DNA of 25,276 bases from a virus (lineage: Duplodnaviria; Heunggongvirae; Uroviricota; Caudoviricetes). Positions within the stretch are counted from its first letter, which is position 1. Each line of letters begins with the position of its first letter. The DNA is taken from IMG/VR virus record IMGVR_UViG_3300031993_006620, one strand, 5' to 3'. Shown here one piece after another: positions 8,064-15,160 of the stretch. The notes below the pieces were generated by a model, which was not told where the DNA came from, searched no databases, and saw only the letters and a program-made list of their open reading frames with translations. The position numbers and the translations under genes were made by a program.

Positions 8064-8645
8064 CTACTGGACTTTGGTTGGCCCGTCGAGCGATGCAAGC
8101 TCGGCAAGGAGGTCTTGGCGTCTCTTTTCGTCACGCAGTACCTTCGCCTCGTCGGTTGCGGCCTTGAAGATTTCGTCGTAGGCGTCCATTACACGCTTGC
8201 CGTTCTTCAGGTCAAAGAACATATTTCCGCTGCCTGCGGTGTCCACGAGAACGGGCGAGAACGCCTTGAGCTTCTCGATGAAGCGGTCATAGATGGGGCA
8301 AAGCTGCGCCCACATCGATTCGTCGCCGAACAGGAGGGGGCCGAGGCCGCCTGCCGTCCACACGACGTAGCGGGCATTGGGGTCGGGCAGCTTGGGACGG
8401 GTGTAGTAGCTGCCGGTACGGATTACGAATTCTTCCCGTTCAATCCTGTAGCCCGGTTCGGCATCCATTTCGAGAAGGTCGTCGAGATACCTGATGAGCC
8501 GTTCGGGCTTGTCGTGCCGGTTCCTCACCTCGAACTTGGGGTGGTTTACGAACGCCTTGCGGTATTCCTCCGCAATATTGCGCAGGCGCAGAATTTCGGC
8601 CCGGTTTTCCTCGGGGGTGAGCTGCTTGGTTGTAGATTCTTCCAT
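8064..8645 (-). CDS. Hypothetical protein, 193 aa
   Basis: Start re-assigned to MEESTTK (AAAGGAGTTAAAA-ATG). Confidence 0.85.
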   Translation of the reverse strand: MEESTTKQLTPEENRAEILRLRNIAEEYRKAFVNHPKFEVRNRHDKPERLIRYLDDLLEMDAEPGYRIEREEFVIRTGSYYTRPKLPDPNARYVVWTAGGLGPLLFGDESMWAQLCPIYDRFIEKLKAFSPVLVDTAGSGNMFFDLKNGKRVMDAYDEIFKAATDEAKVLRDEKRRQDLLAELASLDGPTKVQ

Positions 8646-8665
8646 TTTTAACTCCTTTTTTCGTT

Positions 8666-8699
8666 GTATAGGAAAGATGGGGGCCCCGAGGAGCCCCGG
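8666..8699 (-). promoter_or_regulatory. Element copy 15
   Basis: CCGGGGCTCC-TCGGGGCCCC-CAT-CTTTC-CTATAC. Confidence 0.85.
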
Positions 8700-8704
8700 C
8701 CCCG

Positions 8705-9169
8705 CTACGGGAGCCCGATCACCCAGAACCGTTCCACGAGACCCGCCAGGGCGGGTTCCGCAGTGGCGTCTATCGCACGTGCCTGCGTATCGAACACGTC
8801 GTCCTCGTAGATAGTCTCGTCGTAATCCTGCTGAATGACCTCGCGCTCCAGCAACACAAGCCCGTCGTCGGGTATGCCGGCGAGCGCCTTGGTTATTTTT
8901 TCCATAAGCTCGCGCTTGGTCTGGCACGCGTTCAGCTTTTCGGCGAGCTCACAAAGTTCGTCGTACTTTTTATTCTTTTTGTTCGCATTGGTTTTATTTA
9001 GAAGTTCATTATATTTTTCAATGGGAGCGTTGTAGCAAGCGTCGCAGTTCGTCCTGCGGTACGGCTCGCTATTATTCTCGGGCGGGAGCCAGTGGCCGCA
9101 CACGGAGCACTCCCTGTGGCTATCCGGCACGCTCACCAGCTTCAAGTCGTAGGCGTCTACCCTGTACAT
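8705..9169 (-). CDS. C4 zinc-finger-containing hypothetical protein, 154 aa
   Basis: Start MYRVDAY (GGGAGG RBS); CSVC-x17-CDAC. Confidence 0.75.
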   Translation of the reverse strand: MYRVDAYDLKLVSVPDSHRECSVCGHWLPPENNSEPYRRTNCDACYNAPIEKYNELLNKTNANKKNKKYDELCELAEKLNACQTKRELMEKITKALAGIPDDGLVLLEREVIQQDYDETIYEDDVFDTQARAIDATAEPALAGLVERFWVIGLP

Positions 9170-9179
9170 GGCAGCCTCC

Positions 9180-9494
9180 CTAGCCCAGAGTCCCGTCGCA
9201 GGGTTCGGAGCCGTGCGAGTGTTCCTCGGCGAGAGCGGCGAGTCGTTCCCTGTCGTGGGCAATGTCGTGCTCGGGGTCGACCATCAGGATGGCGTGATTC
9301 AGCTTGGCGACGGTGTCCAGCGCCGTGTTGATGCTATGGGTGAGCTTGTCGTAGGCGGCGTTGCGTTCCGGCTGGGCGATGCTGGCTGCGTTGACGAGGT
9401 CGTAGCGCACGAGCTTCAGTTCCTTCGCCACGTCGGCCGATGCGAGCTTGGCTCTGACCAGTACGTCCACGAGTTCTTGCTGTTGTCTGTCCAT
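9180..9494 (-). CDS. Helical hypothetical protein, 104 aa
   Basis: ORF with AAAGGAG RBS behind copy 16. Confidence 0.85.
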   Translation of the reverse strand: MDRQQQELVDVLVRAKLASADVAKELKLVRYDLVNAASIAQPERNAAYDKLTHSINTALDTVAKLNHAILMVDPEHDIAHDRERLAALAEEHSHGSEPCDGTLG

Positions 9495-9512
9495 TGTTTA
9501 ACTCCTTTCGTT

Positions 9513-9546
9513 GTATAGTACGTATGGTCTCCCGGAGGAACCCCGG
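9513..9546 (-). promoter_or_regulatory. Element copy 16
   Basis: CCGGGGTTCC-TCCGGGAGAC-CAT-ACGTA-CTATAC. Confidence 0.85.
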
Positions 9547-9580
9547 ACGGCGGCAGGCATCGCCGGGCCGTTTCCGAAAG

Positions 9581-9603
9581 AAAAAACGGGGCACGCGGCC
9601 CCG
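9581..9603 (-). terminator. Intrinsic terminator
   Basis: CGGGGC-CGCGT-GCCCCG-TTTTTT. Confidence 0.7.
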
Positions 9604-9618
9604 CTCATGTTCACCCGA

Positions 9619-10035
9619 TTAGATGCACTTGGTTTCGTCAATGCGCCATTCGCACCAGTTCCCGTCTTCGTCCTTGCGTATGGTGAGGCTGTCCCCGAAA
9701 TCGCCCGACATGATGTACTTCTCCAAGTCGTCAAGCGTCTTGGGGCTGTCCTCTTCGGTGCCGTCAAAATCGCCTATCTCGGCCACGGAATTCCAATCTA
9801 TCGTCCCGTCTTTATTGACCGCGCCAATGGATGTCTTCATGTACTTCTTGACGTCCTTCCACATCTCTTCACGGGCACGGCTCGGCGTGGAGCATACCAC
9901 GGGCGGGAAGACGCCGTCCCCGCTTCTCGACGTGTTGTACCTGCAGCTGAGGACGACGACACGCATCCCCTTTACGATGCTATTCAGGCATCCCGTCACC
10001 TTCTTGGCGACATTCTTGATTGTTTTAGTAGGCAT
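9619..10035 (-). CDS. Hypothetical protein, 138 aa
   Basis: Start re-assigned to MPTKTIK (AAAGGAGTTGAAA-ATG). Confidence 0.85.
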   Translation of the reverse strand: MPTKTIKNVAKKVTGCLNSIVKGMRVVVLSCRYNTSRSGDGVFPPVVCSTPSRAREEMWKDVKKYMKTSIGAVNKDGTIDWNSVAEIGDFDGTEEDSPKTLDDLEKYIMSGDFGDSLTIRKDEDGNWCEWRIDETKCI

Positions 10036-10052
10036 TTTCAACTCCTTTGGTT

Positions 10053-10086
10053 GTATAGAAAAAATGCGCCCGCAGGGAAGCCCCGG
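10053..10086 (-). promoter_or_regulatory. Element copy 17
   Basis: CCGGGGCTTC-CCTGCGGGCG-CAT-TTTTT-CTATAC. Confidence 0.85.
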
Positions 10087-10128
10087 CGGGCGGCCGGGAT
10101 CGATCGCACCGTTTCCCGAAGGGAACGG

Positions 10129-10147
10129 GGGGCGGGATTCCCGCCCC
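10129..10147 (-). terminator. GC hairpin, probable terminator
   Basis: GGGGCGGG-AAT-CCCGCCCC just after the 10157 stop; weak U-tract. Confidence 0.5.
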
Positions 10148-10156
10148 GCCGCACCC

Positions 10157-10762
10157 TTACAGGAGGTCGTTTTCGGAATATTCCACGAACACGAGCCATT
10201 CTTCGCCCTGTGACGTGATGGTGCTCGCCCCACGGCGTTCGTAGCTGAGTTCAAAATATTTCTTCTGCGAGAGTCTGGCACGGGCGGAGTCCGAAGAAAT
10301 TTGTCTCGTGCTCGCACCCTTCCAAGAAAATCCGTAGCGGTATCCGCAGGGCTTGCCCGCGTTAATCCACGCCATCGCCTTCATCTCTTCCGTGGACTCG
10401 GGCATCTTGTAGAAGGACACGCTCCCGTTGCGTTCCAGGCTCACCGCCACCTCGCCGGGCTTCAGGATGCTCGTGCGGGGGATGGTGGTTACGATGCGGG
10501 TCGCGTCGAACAGCGTGGCGAGCCCGTCGTTGATGGTGCGCCCGGAGCCCCACGCAACGTATTCCAGCTTACCGCCGTGGCTCTCGGCTACGCACGGGGC
10601 GTCGTACATGATGCAGCGGGCTCCGTTAATGATGCGCTTGGCTATCGGACGGATGGCGGCCAGCGTGACCTGAGTCGTCGCCACGGGGATGGTCGGGTGT
10701 TCCTCGACGACCCTCGGGATGAACTTGGGGTCTATCCCCTGTTTGAAACTAGCGGTTCCCAT
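10157..10762 (-). CDS. Hypothetical protein, 201 aa
   Basis: ORF with AAAGGAGTTAAGAA RBS behind copy 18. Confidence 0.85.
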   Translation of the reverse strand: MGTASFKQGIDPKFIPRVVEEHPTIPVATTQVTLAAIRPIAKRIINGARCIMYDAPCVAESHGGKLEYVAWGSGRTINDGLATLFDATRIVTTIPRTSILKPGEVAVSLERNGSVSFYKMPESTEEMKAMAWINAGKPCGYRYGFSWKGASTRQISSDSARARLSQKKYFELSYERRGASTITSQGEEWLVFVEYSENDLL

Positions 10763-10794
10763 TTCTTAACTCCTTTGTTGATTGTTCCTCGCTT

Positions 10795-10828
10795 GTATAG
10801 GGTTGATGCGTTCCCACGGGAGCCCCGG
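10795..10828 (-). promoter_or_regulatory. Element copy 18
   Basis: CCGGGGCTCC-CGTGGGAACG-CAT-CAACC-CTATAC. Confidence 0.85.
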
Positions 10829-10865
10829 CCGCCCGCAGGCATAGCCGGACCGTGGAACGGGGGCA

Positions 10866-10887
10866 GGCGGGCGGTTTCCCGCCCGTC
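10866..10887 (-). terminator. GC hairpin, probable terminator
   Basis: GACGGGCGG-GAAA-CCGCCCGCC after the 10898 stop; no clear U-tract. Confidence 0.5.
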
Positions 10888-10897
10888 CCCGCAGGAG

Positions 10898-11161
10898 TTA
10901 AGCAAATGTCTTCGGGGGCAGCTTGCCCGCCTTCTCGGCCTGCACACCGCTGTCGTACCACTTGCGGAGCTGCACAAGGCGCTCGGTCATCATATTCTGC
11001 ACGGCCGTCACCTTGTCAAAGTTCTGGCCGAACCCCGTGGGGGTCTGCCGTGTGCCCAGCTTCTCTTCAACCCTGTCGGCAAGCGCTTCAATGGATTTAA
11101 ATTTCTTGCGCAGGCGCACGTATCGGGGGTCTTTTTCGGCGTATTCGGCGAAAGAAATCAT
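10898..11161 (-). CDS. Hypothetical protein, 87 aa
   Basis: Start re-assigned to MISFAEY (AAAGGAGG RBS, 2 nt after the upstream TAA). Confidence 0.8.
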   Translation of the reverse strand: MISFAEYAEKDPRYVRLRKKFKSIEALADRVEEKLGTRQTPTGFGQNFDKVTAVQNMMTERLVQLRKWYDSGVQAEKAGKLPPKTFA

Positions 11162-11163
11162 TT

Positions 11164-11742
11164 TTATTCCTCCTTTATGTCGGCCCCGTCCAAGCGGTCG
11201 GCGATAATGTCGTAAATCACCTTGGGGAGCACGTCCAGCACCTTGGGAAAAATTTCCCGCACCGCGTCGCCAAATCCGGCGTCGGAACAAATCTTTTCGC
11301 ACACGGCCTCGGTGGTCGGGTTCACCCCGTCCCTGTCCTTGTCCCAGTCCGACCAGTCGTCCAGCGCGTAGGCTACGTCGGAGCGCAGGAGCTCGAGCAG
11401 GCCGTCGTCGAGGCGCACCTCGGCCCTGTACAGCCCGCCGTCGTGGTCGGTCGAGGCGGCGGGGTCGGCCCAGTTGATGCGGGCGCTTTCGTACCAGCCG
11501 GTCTCCTCGACCGTGCCGATGCTATCCCTGTCGAGACCGCCCATGCGTTCGAGCAGCGCAGCCACCAGCGGCCTCGTCGGGCCGGTCACGGCCTTGGCCA
11601 CGGCGGCCTGGATGTCGGCGGGGTTCCTCACGGCGACCTCGTAGGCGTCGCCGGTCATTGTCGTCACGAGGCAGGCCACGTCGTCCGCTTCGGACGTGCA
11701 GTCGTACCTGAGGTAAAGGGTCTTGGTTTCGTTCGTTTCCAT
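11164..11742 (-). CDS. Hypothetical acidic protein, 192 aa
   Basis: ORF with AAAGGAG RBS behind copy 19. Confidence 0.85.
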   Translation of the reverse strand: METNETKTLYLRYDCTSEADDVACLVTTMTGDAYEVAVRNPADIQAAVAKAVTGPTRPLVAALLERMGGLDRDSIGTVEETGWYESARINWADPAASTDHDGGLYRAEVRLDDGLLELLRSDVAYALDDWSDWDKDRDGVNPTTEAVCEKICSDAGFGDAVREIFPKVLDVLPKVIYDIIADRLDGADIKEE

Positions 11743-11760
11743 CGCTTAGCTCCTTTCGTT

Positions 11761-11794
11761 GTATAGGATGGATGCGGGCCCGGAGGAGCCCCGG
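11761..11794 (-). promoter_or_regulatory. Element copy 19
   Basis: CCGGGGCTCC-TCCGGGCCCG-CAT-CCATC-CTATAC; upstream box CAATGCCG at 11803-11810. Confidence 0.85.
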
Positions 11795-11867
11795 CCGGCC
11801 GCCGGCATTGTGCGGGACGGTTCCCGCACGTGGACGGGCCCGCAGGCCCGGCCGCACGCGCCCCCCG

Positions 11868-12008
11868 CTATCGCCCGTTGCGCTTCACGAACCGCCCGTA
11901 AAGGTCGCTGCAGGCGTGCTTGGCCACGGGAACGGGAGCCACGAGGCCGATACCGCTCGCAAACTGGGCGAAGCGCAGGAAACGGGTCTTTGACAAAAGT
12001 CTGTACAT
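11868..12008 (-). CDS. 46-aa basic small protein (not in ORF track)
   Basis: GGAGG RBS right after the 12020 stop; MYRLLSKTRFLRFAQFASGIGLVAPVPVAKHACSDLYGRFVKRNGR*. Confidence 0.7.
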   Translation of the reverse strand: MYRLLSKTRFLRFAQFASGIGLVAPVPVAKHACSDLYGRFVKRNGR

Positions 12009-12019
12009 TTTGGCCTCCA

Positions 12020-12244
12020 TTACATCGGTACGATGTCCCTAAGGTAGAAGTTGTAACCCCTAAGGCGGATAAAGGCGCCCTTGGTGTTGTGATGAATTTT
12101 TACGCAGTGAGCCACCTTCTTGTGGCCGTCCCACGACCCGCTGACACATTCCACGTAGTCGTCGCCGATTTCCTTGACCTCCAGCCCGTTGAGCGCGGAC
12201 CAGTAGCCTACGGATTTCTTGTTCAGAATTTTAAATTTGTTCAT
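12020..12244 (-). CDS. Hypothetical phage protein, 74 aa
   Basis: AAAGGAG RBS behind copy 20; GLEVKEI...DYVECVSGSW...HCVKIH...GAFIRLRGY pattern recalls an unnamed phage family. Confidence 0.8.
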   Translation of the reverse strand: MNKFKILNKKSVGYWSALNGLEVKEIGDDYVECVSGSWDGHKKVAHCVKIHHNTKGAFIRLRGYNFYLRDIVPM

Positions 12245-12261
12245 GCTTACTCCTTTGGTTG

Positions 12262-12295
12262 GTACAGGAGGAATGGGCTCCCGGAGGAGCCCCGG
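12262..12295 (-). promoter_or_regulatory. Element copy 20
   Basis: CCGGGGCTCC-TCCGGGAGCC-CAT-TCCTC-CTGTAC. Confidence 0.85.
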
Positions 12296-12313
12296 ACGCG
12301 CCAGGGGATCGGC

Positions 12314-12367
12314 CTACCCGCTGACGCGCTTCTTGGTGGGCTTGTAGATTCGTTGATGTTTCGCCAT
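12314..12367 (-). CDS. Possible 17-aa basic peptide
   Basis: TAA-T-ATG coupling to the 12369 gene; MAKHQRIYKPTKKRVSG*; ends 18 nt before copy 20. Confidence 0.4.
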   Translation of the reverse strand: MAKHQRIYKPTKKRVSG

Positions 12368-12368
12368 A

Positions 12369-12575
12369 TTACTTGAAGTCGCTCCACGTTCTGGCCGGTG
12401 CGAGGTCGTCCGGGATGGTGAGGCCGTGCTTCTTCATCTGTTCCATCATTGCGGGAGCGTCGTCGGGGCTCTCGGCAATCACGAGGCGCAAAAGATTTTC
12501 TGCCGTGCGCTGGTTCTTGGGGACCCATTTGTCCCAGCTGTTCACTTTCAGCAGTTGGGAAAGTTTCGGATTCAT
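12369..12575 (-). CDS. Hypothetical protein, 68 aa
   Basis: ORF with AAAGGAG RBS. Confidence 0.8.
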   Translation of the reverse strand: MNPKLSQLLKVNSWDKWVPKNQRTAENLLRLVIAESPDDAPAMMEQMKKHGLTIPDDLAPARTWSDFK

Positions 12576-12608
12576 AATTTAAAATTCTCCTTTCGGTAAA
12601 ATGTTGTA

Positions 12609-12887
12609 CTACTGCCCGAGTCCTTCTTCGGAACACGGGTGAACGTCGTCGGCGTCGCCGAAATCTTTTATGAGCCTGCCGTACTCGTCAAACCAGTCGG
12701 GGTGCTTCGGAGACCACGGCTTGTTGGCCTGCACGTCGCACAGCAGGTGCGCTATGCGCTCGGGGTGGGCGAGGTTGTACTGCCTGTAGTACCCCTTGCG
12801 GTGGCGGTCCTTGCGGCCCGTGCGCTTGGCGTAGTCCTTGTAGTAGCCAGGCCGGTGCCTGTCCTTCTTCTTGGTCGGCACTCCCAT
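12609..12887 (-). CDS. Basic hypothetical protein, 92 aa, with an internal KDRHRxGYY repeat
   Basis: GGAGG RBS, start 1 nt after the upstream TAG. Confidence 0.75.
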   Translation of the reverse strand: MGVPTKKKDRHRPGYYKDYAKRTGRKDRHRKGYYRQYNLAHPERIAHLLCDVQANKPWSPKHPDWFDEYGRLIKDFGDADDVHPCSEEGLGQ

Positions 12888-12888
12888 G

Positions 12889-13083
12889 CTAGGCGGCCTC
12901 CACCTTGATGTGGTCGCCGAACATCACGTGGCACGTGTTCTGGTCGTAGTCGCCCTCAAGCACCAGCAGCTCCTCGAGTTCGACCTTGGTGATGTCGACG
13001 GGGAGGCGGCGACGGGTCTTCGTGACCTTGCGGTTGGCGCAATCCATCACGACGACGTCAAATTCCTTGGTTTCCTTGGACAT
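12889..13083 (-). CDS. Hypothetical protein, 64 aa
   Basis: AAGGAGTTAAGCC-ATG behind copy 21. Confidence 0.85.
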   Translation of the reverse strand: MSKETKEFDVVVMDCANRKVTKTRRRLPVDITKVELEELLVLEGDYDQNTCHVMFGDHIKVEAA

Positions 13084-13115
13084 GGCTTAACTCCTTGTTG
13101 GTTGTCCGTTTCCTT

Positions 13116-13149
13116 GTATATTAATGATGCGGCCCGAGCGGAACCCCGG
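13116..13149 (-). promoter_or_regulatory. Element copy 21
   Basis: CCGGGGTTCC-GCTCGGGCCG-CAT-CATTA-ATATAC; upstream box at 13158-13165. Confidence 0.85.
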
Positions 13150-13238
13150 ACTGTCCACGGCAGTGGCCCAGCCCCGAGCCACCGAAACAGGGCCCGCAGA
13201 TCGATCCGCGGGCCCATCGGAGTAAGCAAAAATCTTGG

Positions 13239-13262
13239 AAGGGGGAGCGCCACGGCTCCCCC
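13239..13262 (-). terminator. Terminator (near-duplicate of 13447-13468)
   Basis: 8-bp stem GGGGGAGC/GCTCCCCC followed by TT. Confidence 0.6.
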
Positions 13263-13268
13263 TAGGAG

Positions 13269-13427
13269 TTAAGCAAAAATCTTCTGAATGTAGCTCGTGA
13301 CGCACCACGTCACGCAAACAATCCCGACAAAGCTCAGCAACACGGCGAAGGCCTTGCCCTTGATATACTTGGCCGTGATTACGAAACCCACGACGACGCA
13401 AAGCAAAAGTTTAATTGAAAAAAACAT
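13269..13427 (-). CDS. 52-aa two-helix membrane protein (not in ORF track)
   Basis: AGGGGG RBS; MFFSIKLLLCVVVGFVITAKYIKGKAFAVLLSFVGIVCVTWCVTSYIQKIFA*. Confidence 0.75.
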   Translation of the reverse strand: MFFSIKLLLCVVVGFVITAKYIKGKAFAVLLSFVGIVCVTWCVTSYIQKIFA

Positions 13428-13442
13428 TTGAACCCCCTAGGG

Positions 13443-13468
13443 AAAGGGGGGAGCCTCACGGCTCCCCC
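13443..13468 (-). terminator. Terminator after ardC
   Basis: GGGGGAGCC-GTGA-GGCTCCCCC-C-TTT. Confidence 0.7.
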
Positions 13469-13478
13469 GTTTTCGGAT

Positions 13479-14450
13479 TTATTTTTTCGCCTTGCCGTGG
13501 TAGATGTACTCCACGGCCGCCATAGCTCCGGCCATTGCCTTCTCTATCAAGAGCGGGTCGCTCTTCAGCGCCTTGCCCCAGCTCTGAATGTAGGCCACGT
13601 GGTTCCTGTCGGTCGTGTTGACCGCCAGCCCGTTCTCGTGAAGCAACACCGCAGAAGCGATTTCCGCTATGAGTTCCTCACGGGAGTAGCGTTCGTCGCC
13701 CTTGACGAAAAATTTCGGGCGGTGCAGGCGCTTGGAGTGACCCGTGGAGTGAGCCATCTCGTGGAAGCAAGCCTGATAGTAGGCGGGCTCGGAAACAAAG
13801 TTTTCTATGCTCGGCACGTTGATGCGGTCGGTCGCAGGGTGATAGAACGCCCTGCCCTGCATCTCGTGGCCGAACCCGACCCCCTCTCGGGAAACGTAGT
13901 CGAGAACAATCTTTTCGGCTCTCGGTATGGGGTTAGCCACACGCAGGGTCTTGTCAAAAGTTTTTTCGGGAATGTTCCTCGGGCAGTCAACCTCGGTGCC
14001 GATGCGGTACACCTTGTGACTCTTCAGGCACCAATATTCCACAAGCTCGGGGTTGCCGTCCTTGTCCTTGACGACGTTGCCGTTCTCGTCACGGCGCTTG
14101 CCCAGCACCTTGCCCCTGAAGACGATATAAGTGCCCTCGGGGAACTTGCCGTCCTTGCGGATGAACCGATTCCACACGCACGCCTCGCCCTCGCCATTGC
14201 GGCTGGTGCCGGTGCGCTTAATCACCTGGTCGACCGTCACGAACTCGCCCGCCTGTTGGCCTCCGAGCCACAGAAGGAGAGAGTTCAGGAACCCGTAGGG
14301 CTTGCCCGACGCTCCGTAGTAGTCGCTCTCACGCTTGAGCCAAGGCTGTTCCCAAGGGATGACACGCCTGTCAAGCGCCTCCAAAAATTTTTCCGTGATT
14401 TCAACGCCTATCCTGCGCTCCACTTCACGGCAAGTAAGTCTTTTTTCCAT
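13479..14450 (-). CDS. ardC: ArdC-family ssDNA-binding antirestriction protein (ArdC-N/DUF1738 + zincin-like MPTase domain), 323 aa
   Basis: IPWEQPW, GKPYGFLNSLLL, AFYHPATDRINVP, FHEMAHSTGH (HExxH), YSREELIAEIASAVL. Confidence 0.9.
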   Translation of the reverse strand: MEKRLTCREVERRIGVEITEKFLEALDRRVIPWEQPWLKRESDYYGASGKPYGFLNSLLLWLGGQQAGEFVTVDQVIKRTGTSRNGEGEACVWNRFIRKDGKFPEGTYIVFRGKVLGKRRDENGNVVKDKDGNPELVEYWCLKSHKVYRIGTEVDCPRNIPEKTFDKTLRVANPIPRAEKIVLDYVSREGVGFGHEMQGRAFYHPATDRINVPSIENFVSEPAYYQACFHEMAHSTGHSKRLHRPKFFVKGDERYSREELIAEIASAVLLHENGLAVNTTDRNHVAYIQSWGKALKSDPLLIEKAMAGAMAAVEYIYHGKAKK

Positions 14451-14485
14451 TTGCTTGACTCCTTTCCGTAAGGCACCATCGCCTT

Positions 14486-14519
14486 ACACATTATTTATCC
14501 CGCCCCCGAGGAAACCCGG
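14486..14519 (-). promoter_or_regulatory. Element copy 22 (class II)
   Basis: CCGGGTTTCC-TCGGGGGCGG-GAT-AAATA-ATGTGT then AAGGCGAT; upstream box at 14528-14535. Confidence 0.75.
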
Positions 14520-14604
14520 CCACGGGCCGGCAGTGCCGAACCCTGGGAGGGACGGCAAAGGCCGTCCGTTGCCCCCTCGGGGTCGGGGGTCGGACGGCTA
14601 GGCC

Positions 14605-14928
14605 TTAGGCCTGCGCCCCAGCGTGGAGGCGCTTGTACTCCTCGGTGAGCTCCGCCATCCTCACGTGCTCGCATTCGTCCTCGGTCGTCACCTTCAGCAC
14701 GCCCTTGATGGCGGCGATGACGACCTTGCCGAGACGGACACGGGTCACGAGAGCCGTGTTCAGGTCGTGGTCGTTACGGCAGTCGTAGAACACCTTACCG
14801 CGTTCGTCCACGAAGAGACGGGAGAGGAACGGCCCGTGGGGGCGCTTCTTGGACTCCCAGTCCGCACGTGCCTGCTTCAACAGGGTCTCCCTGTTGGCGA
14901 ACAGGACTTGCAAAAACTTGTTTTTCAT
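14605..14928 (-). CDS. Hypothetical protein, 107 aa
   Basis: Start re-assigned to MKNKFLQ (AAAGGAGTCAAGCAA-ATG, same RBS as ardC). Confidence 0.85.
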   Translation of the reverse strand: MKNKFLQVLFANRETLLKQARADWESKKRPHGPFLSRLFVDERGKVFYDCRNDHDLNTALVTRVRLGKVVIAAIKGVLKVTTEDECEHVRMAELTEEYKRLHAGAQA

Positions 14929-14961
14929 TTGCTTGACTCCTTTGCGAGGCCTCATCGCCTC

Positions 14962-14995
14962 ACACACACCCGATGGGGGCGCGGAGGAGCCCCGG
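14962..14995 (-). promoter_or_regulatory. Element copy 23 (class II)
   Basis: CCGGGGCTCC-TCCGCGCCCC-CAT-CGGGT-GTGTGT then GAGGCGAT; upstream box at 15004-15011. Confidence 0.8.
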
Positions 14996-15160
14996 CCACC
15001 GTCCGGCAGTGACAGGCCGGGGGACGGCCACGAACCGCCCACGCAGGGCACGAAAAAGAAACCCCCACACCAACACGGCATAGGCACAAAACGAGCCCAC
15101 GGGCTACGGGAACCGCAAAAAACGGCATCCACGGGCGCCATAGGGAGCTTAAAAAAGAAT

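Noticed and set aside
10893-11100. Plus-strand AGGAGTTAAGCAAATG as the start of an antisense gene
   Set aside because: The other copies of this motif have no ATG, and the product is an implausible shadow of the 87-aa gene.
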